A stretch of DNA of 64,000 nt, from positions 239,565 to 303,564 of IMG/VR virus record IMGVR_UViG_3300037042_006844. The stretch is one strand, 5' to 3'. The notes under the pieces were generated by a model, which was not told the origin of the DNA, did no database searches, and was given only the letters and a program-made list of their open reading frames with translations. Shown here one piece after another: positions 57,623 to 64,000 of this stretch; the stretch's first letter is position 1; every line of letters starts with the position of its first letter. The translations under genes and the position numbers were made by a program.

Positions 57623-60295
57623 TTATCCGATTGTTACTTGTCCGAATGAACCTCTTTGTGAAGTTGTTTTAGCCAATACGTAACTAACTTTGACTCCGTC
57701 CAAATTGACAGCGATGCCGCCGCTTGCCATCATATTGGCCAGCACATCGAACTTATCTGCAAGAACTTGAAGACCAGCTTTGATGTCGCTATTGTTATCA
57801 TCCTTATTATTTGAGCCAGCAGCGAGCACTCCAGACGATCCGGCGGCTCCTCCTCCAAAATCAAGTGCTGGTAATTTCATAGACCCCAATTCTTTCAAAG
57901 AGCCAACTGCCACTTGCAAACCTTCGGCAGACTGACTGAGCATATCAATTTGAGCCGTGATGCTTTCCAATTGCGCCGTCGGGAACGCGGTCAGGCTTTG
58001 TCCCAACTCAACCATAGCCGATGATATTTGCCCAATTCCTATGGCAGCTTTTGTCAATTTTACAAGCCCAATATCAGCAATAATCGATAAGCCAGTTGCT
58101 ACACTCATTATAACTTCGGGTAAAGCTTGAAATACAGCAAGCATTGTATCAAAGGCTTTGACAATAACTCCCCCCACAACCGTTGCCAGTGCGCTAATGG
58201 TTTTGCCTATGGAGTCGAGTGCTGGTGCTGCCATTTTAAGAGCAAAACCAACTTCCATAGCTGCTAATCCCATGCCCAACAAAGCGACTGTCAAAATAAG
58301 TAGACCCGGAGCTATAGCTTCCGCCATCAAAGCAAATGCTCCAAGTGCCAACATCATAATTGACATACCAATAGTAAATGCGAGGATTTGACCCACGCTC
58401 ACAGTTCCTAAATTCTGAAGGGCTTTGCTTACTCCCCATGCAGCCGCTGCCATAGCCAACATCAATACTGCGATTTTGGCGATACTACCGGGGGAAATTG
58501 CATTCATTGCGTTTCCCAAATCTTTCAGCCCAGTTGACACTGCACTTAATGCTGATCCAACTCCCTGACCCGCCGATTGTGCTGCTTTTGCAAACACATT
58601 TCCAAGAAAGTCAACGAGTTTTGATAAACCGAATTTCAATCCATAAAATGCCGTAACGAGTAGTCCGATTCCAACAACCGCAGTCATAGACCATTTTGCG
58701 AGAGGATTTTCCAAATTAGTAATATATGAAATGAATTTGAAAAATACTGTCTGAATACTCATAATCAGTCTGTAAATTGGTTCCAACAACTTACCAATAT
58801 TAATCAGTGCTTCTTGTTTAGATTTGTTTAATTTTTCAAGTTCGGCTTCCGCAGTTTTTTGTTTGAGCATCAATTCCAACTCTGCTTTTCGAGCTTCCGG
58901 TCCCTTTTTTTGCAGCGCATTTAACTCTTCTTGCGCCTTCTTCATTTTCTTTGCTTCCTCTGGGAACATGCGCTCGGCTTCAATCAAATTTTTCTTTTGG
59001 GTTTGAATTTTCAACAATTCACCAAAATCTTTACCCGTTGCATCTGCCAAAGCTTTGCGCTGATTGTAGTTCAGCTTGTCGAGATCGCCAACTCGTGCGA
59101 TTTCTTTTTGTAGTGCCTTTTCACCCTCGATGACGTTTCCTTGGAAAAACAATCGGCGAGATTCATTGAAATTGATACCTTGCCCCAATAATGCACTGGC
59201 TTTGAGTTCCGCTCCAATACTACTTTCGAAATTCAACAAAGAATCTGCACTTTTTGCGGCGGCTTCCAAACTAGTTCCCAATTTTCTTGCTTCGGCAGCC
59301 TGTTTAATCAACTCAGTTGTGTTGCCTTTGAACACGACTTTTACAGCGTTGCTTGCATTGGCAACGTCCTTCATCACCATGCCCATTGGAACACCAGCAG
59401 CTTCAGCCGCTTTTGCAGCAATCACAGTCATCGCCTCTTGCGCCATGACAGATGTTCCGCCTACTTCAGCAAGCGTGGTTTGAAATTTTACTGCTTCATC
59501 GACAGAAAGACCGGTGAGACGGCTAATATTTGCGGATTCTTTACCAATGGATGCCAACTGCGAATCTGTCATCGCATATTCTTTTCGGATCGCCGTTACT
59601 GCTTTTAGAATTTCTTGATTAGATGCTAGGTTCGATGCTACACCAGTATTTATTTTCTGAATCGCTTCATATTGACGATTGATCTCGTCTTTGGTAGTGC
59701 CCTGCGCTTTGGCTTCTTCACTTAACAATTTATCATATCCTTCGCCCAATGACATCATTGTTGAGTATATGGAATGAATCCATTCCAGTGTTCGTTTCTG
59801 TTTTCCAAGCGATTCCAATTGACTATCAGTGTCAGCTTTAAGCTTGTTGGCTTCGCGACCGATATCGGCATAGATTTTTATAGAATCTATTAAATTTGTC
59901 TCTTGCGATTGTAAATGTGATAATCGTTTAGCTTCTATAGCGGTTAATGCAGCGCCGCCAGTGGTTGCTGCCGCTGTATTTTTCTTTTCTAATGCCGCTA
60001 GCTCTAAGAGCTGATCGCGAATAGCTTGCTTCGAAGACAAAGCTTGCTCAATTGTCTTATTATATGCAGCAGATTGATTTTTAAGAGCGTCATATTGAAC
60101 ACCCATGCGGCTCAACTGTTTTTCCAACATTGCCGCTGGATCGACGGCACTGCCCATTTTCTTTCCAAACTCTTCAGCACTTTTGGATAGAGATAATAAT
60201 TTTTTATTTCCCGCATCCACTTCTTTTTGGAACTCGGTCATAACCTTACCAAGTTCCGTTCGAAGATCCCGTATGTCTTTGGTATAATCAGCCAT
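57623..60295 (-). CDS. Tape measure-like protein
   Basis: Ala-rich coiled coil with hydrophobic segments, downstream of chaperone. Confidence 0.75.
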   Translation of the reverse strand: MADYTKDIRDLRTELGKVMTEFQKEVDAGNKKLLSLSKSAEEFGKKMGSAVDPAAMLEKQLSRMGVQYDALKNQSAAYNKTIEQALSSKQAIRDQLLELAALEKKNTAAATTGGAALTAIEAKRLSHLQSQETNLIDSIKIYADIGREANKLKADTDSQLESLGKQKRTLEWIHSIYSTMMSLGEGYDKLLSEEAKAQGTTKDEINRQYEAIQKINTGVASNLASNQEILKAVTAIRKEYAMTDSQLASIGKESANISRLTGLSVDEAVKFQTTLAEVGGTSVMAQEAMTVIAAKAAEAAGVPMGMVMKDVANASNAVKVVFKGNTTELIKQAAEARKLGTSLEAAAKSADSLLNFESSIGAELKASALLGQGINFNESRRLFFQGNVIEGEKALQKEIARVGDLDKLNYNQRKALADATGKDFGELLKIQTQKKNLIEAERMFPEEAKKMKKAQEELNALQKKGPEARKAELELMLKQKTAEAELEKLNKSKQEALINIGKLLEPIYRLIMSIQTVFFKFISYITNLENPLAKWSMTAVVGIGLLVTAFYGLKFGLSKLVDFLGNVFAKAAQSAGQGVGSALSAVSTGLKDLGNAMNAISPGSIAKIAVLMLAMAAAAWGVSKALQNLGTVSVGQILAFTIGMSIMMLALGAFALMAEAIAPGLLILTVALLGMGLAAMEVGFALKMAAPALDSIGKTISALATVVGGVIVKAFDTMLAVFQALPEVIMSVATGLSIIADIGLVKLTKAAIGIGQISSAMVELGQSLTAFPTAQLESITAQIDMLSQSAEGLQVAVGSLKELGSMKLPALDFGGGAAGSSGVLAAGSNNKDDNNSDIKAGLQVLADKFDVLANMMASGGIAVNLDGVKVSYVLAKTTSQRGSFGQVTIG

Positions 60296-60357
60296 ATGTT
60301 CCTAAATATATTCTATAATAATAAATATCCAACCTTCTGAAAGTAGGAGTATCTATT

Positions 60358-60579
60358 TTAGAAGGGTCTATCAATTTTCCCGGAACGAGACTGCTGTGAA
60401 GATTGCTGTTTTGACTGCTCAGATTCCCTGTCTTTGGCTTCTATGAGCTTTTTATAGTAGAAATTGCGGAGATATATGGGTAATTCATATACCTCCGATG
60501 GAAAGAATCCGCCATTGCCATAATAGCAAAGGTCGAATATTACTTGCTGAATGTAGAGTCTATACTCCGGCGTCAGGCC
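60358..60579 (-). CDS. Tail chaperone C-terminal extension frame (no ATG; frameshift or CTG start)
   Basis: GLTPEYRLYIQQVIFDLCYYGNGGF..EVYELPIYLRNFY...; open 73 codons, begins at a T7 run. Confidence 0.7.
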   Translation of the reverse strand, partial: GLTPEYRLYIQQVIFDLCYYGNGGFFPSEVYELPIYLRNFYYKKLIEAKDRESEQSKQQSSQQSRSGKIDRPF

Positions 60580-61366
60580 AAAAAAATGTGACCGTCATAG
60601 GAACGGCTCCCCTTTCTTCAGCACCGCATTCAGAGCATGTGAACGGAAATTCCGTGTTGATGTCTGGCGTAATTGAACGAGCATACTGCCTAAATGCCAG
60701 ACTGTCGCGACTTGGCATGGTGTCAATAAACTGTTTGACTTGAGCAGGATCACTGTCACCATTAACTTCAACAATCATCTTTTTGAGACGAGTTGTAACT
60801 TCGGTGGATGATGCTTTGTTGATCTTGGTCAACGTCACCATTTCTTTTTCAATAGCTTTCTCATCACCGTCTGTCAATAGCTTGAATTTGACGGTGACTT
60901 TGCTTACTGGCAGTGCGTATTCAAAAAGATTTTCTCCGGGCTGATATAGGCTCATATCCAGCTCTTTTTCTTTGAGTTGCGACAAATCGATTGTGACTTT
61001 TGTTTTGGCAGCGCACTTGGGGCAAGCAATCTCAACTGGACCGTAATTATCTCCGTATGCCAAACGACGCACAGCAAAAATAACAGCGTTTTTGTCACCA
61101 ATCAACATATCACTGAGCTTGATACTTTTATCAACCACCAATGATTCCACCAATTTGTCGATGGCAAGACCTTTTTGAAGCAAATTTCTGCTGCTGAGAA
61201 TATCTTCTTCCTTGGCAGTCATGAGTTTCAACTCAATCCGTCCACTGCTGAGTGGATTGTCGGCAGAATATGAAACCCCTTGGCTGGGAAGATCAATAAC
61301 TTCGGTTGGAAATGTGGATGCCTTTGGTGCGGCACTACTACGCTGTAAAATAATTTGATCGCTCAT
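60560..61366 (-). CDS. Baseplate hub assembly / tail chaperone (T4 gp26-like)
   Basis: IDLPSQG, MTAKEEDIL, CPKC, CSECG, FFWP end. Confidence 0.8.
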   Translation of the reverse strand: MSDQIILQRSSAAPKASTFPTEVIDLPSQGVSYSADNPLSSGRIELKLMTAKEEDILSSRNLLQKGLAIDKLVESLVVDKSIKLSDMLIGDKNAVIFAVRRLAYGDNYGPVEIACPKCAAKTKVTIDLSQLKEKELDMSLYQPGENLFEYALPVSKVTVKFKLLTDGDEKAIEKEMVTLTKINKASSTEVTTRLKKMIVEVNGDSDPAQVKQFIDTMPSRDSLAFRQYARSITPDINTEFPFTCSECGAEERGAVPMTVTFFWPDAGV

Positions 61367-61415
61367 AACTTGCTATATAACAATACATATGCTCATATCC
61401 AAATTCTTGGTTATT

Positions 61416-62210
61416 TTATTTAGGTGCATTTTTCTTGGTGGCATCTTGAGCAGTCTTTGTCAAGATAGTAGCACGTTGATTAATTTTGTCAAGTGCCGTC
61501 TTAAAATCCTTTTCTGGACCCACCAATGCACTCATAAACGAGTCTTGCTCCTCTTGAATGAGCTTGATAATGATTGCTTTCAATTTTGATTTTTTTGATT
61601 CGTCCATATCTGATTTTCTCTTGGTTAAAATTTTGTAGATACTTTTTACAACCCCGGTTTTTACACCTGGATAGTTGGTCTGAAATGATTCATAGTCTCC
61701 ATTTGCCAAATCTTGTCGTAGTGTGCTGGCACTGATGCTTTGACCGTTTTTGCTGTCTTTTCTACCAGCGTAATTACTTGGAGCATCGTCGGTCATTTCC
61801 GCAGAATGAATCCCAGGAGGTGCTGTCAGACCATCTTTGGTTGCTTTGGTTTTGTAGCGTTCAACCGATGCTGCAAAAATCTTGCTGCGTTTTGCATCTT
61901 CTGGACTTTTGGCACTGGCACCCAATGCAATGGTGTCGGTGCTGTCTTTTGGAAGATTGAATACATAGCCAAATGCTGCATTCATGGGACTATCGTCGTT
62001 AACAGGAACAACTTTGATTTTTGGATTGATTGGAAGTAGATTCCATATGGCAATGCTTTGTTGGCGATTGATTCCATCACGCTCGCTTGGACCCACCATA
62101 ACAATCACTTTATCAACATCGGAGCGACTGGCAAATTTGTTCGCCAACCCCAAATGTCCCATGTGCGGCGGCTTGAATCCTCCTGGTAATAGCACTGTTA
62201 CTTTACTCAT
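61416..62210 (-). CDS. Cytidylyltransferase-like (HxGH) protein
   Basis: PGGFKPPHMGH, ISASTLR. Confidence 0.8.
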   Translation of the reverse strand: MSKVTVLLPGGFKPPHMGHLGLANKFASRSDVDKVIVMVGPSERDGINRQQSIAIWNLLPINPKIKVVPVNDDSPMNAAFGYVFNLPKDSTDTIALGASAKSPEDAKRSKIFAASVERYKTKATKDGLTAPPGIHSAEMTDDAPSNYAGRKDSKNGQSISASTLRQDLANGDYESFQTNYPGVKTGVVKSIYKILTKRKSDMDESKKSKLKAIIIKLIQEEQDSFMSALVGPEKDFKTALDKINQRATILTKTAQDATKKNAPK

Positions 62211-62235
62211 ATCTAATAATAAATAGCGATAAACA

Positions 62236-62265
62236 AAAAAACCTCTGCATTTTTGTGCAGAGGTT
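62236..62265 (-). terminator. Intrinsic terminator
   Basis: aacctctgca / tgcagaggtt stem followed by U-run on minus strand. Confidence 0.7.
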
Positions 62266-62286
62266 GAAAGGTATAAAAGGTTTACC

Positions 62287-63147
62287 CTAGAAATTCAAAC
62301 TCGGATGCAATTTGTTGTGACAAACTCTGCATAGAGTGATACCAGACACAGCGGCGTTAACATGGTATGCTATGATTTTATCTGTAATATGCTGCTTCGT
62401 TTCGTAATTTTCTATGTGCTCATAGTCTTCCAGCGTCATTACTCTTTTAATAATTTCACTGAATGTTTCTCTATCATGGTGGACATGCAAATCGTCCGAT
62501 GATCCACAATTTTTGCATTTGAACCCATCTCTTTGCAGTATTGGTCGTTTCCATTGCTCATATAACCGTCGATCATTTCTTGCCACATTTTGTATTGTAG
62601 ATACGCCACCTTTCCACTGCGACGACATTTCTTTGTATAACGTTGGAATAGTTCCATCATTTCTATGTTTGGCCATTCGTTCACTGCGTCGTTTTAATTC
62701 GTCTGGGTTTGAATTGATTGATAATTTTGTGCTTTCTGCTAATTTTTTTACTCGCTCATCTGTATCAATAGATAAGCCATAGCACCATCCGCGTCTCTCT
62801 CCACTCGCATATTGTTTACGTCTTGTTTCTGCCGATTTGGTTTGTGCTTGTTTGTTATGACCCCAATTATTGATTACTCTGTTGTTGTGCCCATTTATAT
62901 ATGGATTGAACTTGCCGTGACCTTTATTTTTGCCGTGCCATTTTGTTGGCTGACCACAGCCACACGCACATACTGGATGAACACCATCCAACAAATAATC
63001 TATACACGTTTGCGACGAGTGAATTGTGTGTGTTTTGCTGCAATGCTTTCGCAGCGATTCATATTTTTCAAATTTGACACCACATTGTTTACATATATAG
63101 TTACTTAATATATTGAAAATTTTCAATATGTAAAGTTTTTTGAACAC
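62287..63147 (-). CDS. HNH endonuclease with C2H2 and CxCGC N-terminal motifs (start uncertain)
   Basis: CKQC..H...H, CACGCG, RDGFKCKNCG..LHVHH, TLCRVCHNKLH. Confidence 0.8.
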   Translation of the reverse strand: MFKKLYILKIFNILSNYICKQCGVKFEKYESLRKHCSKTHTIHSSQTCIDYLLDGVHPVCACGCGQPTKWHGKNKGHGKFNPYINGHNNRVINNWGHNKQAQTKSAETRRKQYASGERRGWCYGLSIDTDERVKKLAESTKLSINSNPDELKRRSERMAKHRNDGTIPTLYKEMSSQWKGGVSTIQNVARNDRRLYEQWKRPILQRDGFKCKNCGSSDDLHVHHDRETFSEIIKRVMTLEDYEHIENYETKQHITDKIIAYHVNAAVSGITLCRVCHNKLHPSLNF

Positions 63148-64000
63148 TAGGAACTATAGGTTCCTTGCTCACAACATTCCAATAGAAACCGTTTCTATTT
63201 TTCTGCTGCAATCGTTCCTGTTTCGTTATTGAAACAAGATTGAGACTTAAGTTAATTGAAGCATTCAAATCCGCATCACATGCATTCGCACATTTATCAC
63301 ACTTGAACTGCTTTCGCTTACGATTAAGCTTCCGAGTCCAACCACATTGTGAGCATCTTTGACTTGTGTATGTCGGATTCAACTTGTATACAAGGACACC
63401 TTGCATTTCAAGTTTTTGATCCAACACATCAAATAGTTCACTATAATTCCAATGCTTCATGCGGCGAGAAGTATTGGTAAATTTTCTTAGGTGTCGTATG
63501 TTTTCTCTGTTTACAATTTTAACACCATCCAAATTAAGCGTATTAACAATATAACGAAGATAGTTGCTTCTATGCGCAACAGTCTTATTGAAGTTTTTGC
63601 TATTCTTCTTTTTTCGGGCAAGTTTGTTGCAAATAGAAGCGTAGGTATGGTTATGTGGGCACTTATCTAATAATTGACCATCACTACAACTCAAAGTTGT
63701 TGTCTGTCCAATATCAATTCCAAGTGTTTTTCCTTCATTTTTTAATTCTACATCAACCAAATCAAACATAAATGTGATGTTATGTTTGGAAAGTCTAATT
63801 CCTTTTTTTAATGTTCCACTTTGCAACATTTTATTGAAATGTTTGTGTTTCTTAAATGGAATTTGTAACTTCAATTTATTACCTAAACTGCTTAGTGTCA
63901 ACCAACCATCAAAACTTGTTTTTTGATCTAAATCAATCTTAACAAATCTTTCATCCAATTCACATTCAATGTTTTCAATGTTCGGTTTGGATTGTTTAGT
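63101..64000 (-). CDS. tnpB: TnpB-like nuclease, 5'-partial
   Basis: GIDIG, NRENI, TSQRCSQCG..FKCDKC, DADLNASINL. Confidence 0.88.
   Translation of the reverse strand, partial: TKQSKPNIENIECELDERFVKIDLDQKTSFDGWLTLSSLGNKLKLQIPFKKHKHFNKMLQSGTLKKGIRLSKHNITFMFDLVDVELKNEGKTLGIDIGQTTTLSCSDGQLLDKCPHNHTYASICNKLARKKKNSKNFNKTVAHRSNYLRYIVNTLNLDGVKIVNRENIRHLRKFTNTSRRMKHWNYSELFDVLDQKLEMQGVLVYKLNPTYTSQRCSQCGWTRKLNRKRKQFKCDKCANACDADLNASINLSLNLVSITKQERLQQKNRNGFYWNVVSKEPIVPSVQKTLHIENFQYIK

Noticed and set aside
530-63108. Numerous 60-230 aa ORFs antisense to or nested within long genes (e.g. 13502-14197, 34425-35084, 37930-38619, 47993-48664)
   Set aside because: Shadow frames of well-supported genes with no recognisable motifs.
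1-64000. tRNA, rRNA or tnpA genes
   Set aside because: No cloverleaf, rRNA-like or HUH transposase sequence was recognised; intergenic gaps are short.

Overview
A 64 kb segment of a large T4-like (myovirus/jumbo-type) bacteriophage genome, standard genetic code. Core content: a replication module (clamp loader subunits, sliding clamp, family-B polymerase, DnaB/gp41 helicase, 5'-3' exonuclease, RecA/UvsX, gp32 SSB, degenerate PolA-like protein); nucleotide metabolism (dUTPase, dNMP kinase, class II ribonucleotide reductase); a ~17 kb glycosyltransferase/methyltransferase island; UvsE; a MoxR-type AAA/vWA pair; and a baseplate/tail/tape-measure module. The window is heavily colonised by selfish elements. 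Highlights: (1) NrdJ is encoded in three genes that would need two different split inteins to join them in trans, with a free-standing endonuclease inside the first split. (2) A tnpB-carrying IS200/IS605 family whose target tetranucleotide TCAT is the reverse complement of ATGA. All three copies sit exactly at a start codon and each carries an outward sigma70-type promoter facing the gene it cut off. End boundaries of three IS subfamilies follow the IS608 guide/cleavage-site pairing rule and yield clean empty sites. (3) The 5'-3' exonuclease is split at its first catalytic motif by a 5-nt TAGTG stop/start insert, and a second, divergent copy of its N-terminus lies on the far side of an endonuclease gene. 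(4) A glycosyltransferase is fractured by an endonuclease cassette. (5) There is a candidate +1/-2 frameshift in the tail chaperone. No tRNA, rRNA or CRISPR array was seen. All functional calls come from motif recognition, not database searches.
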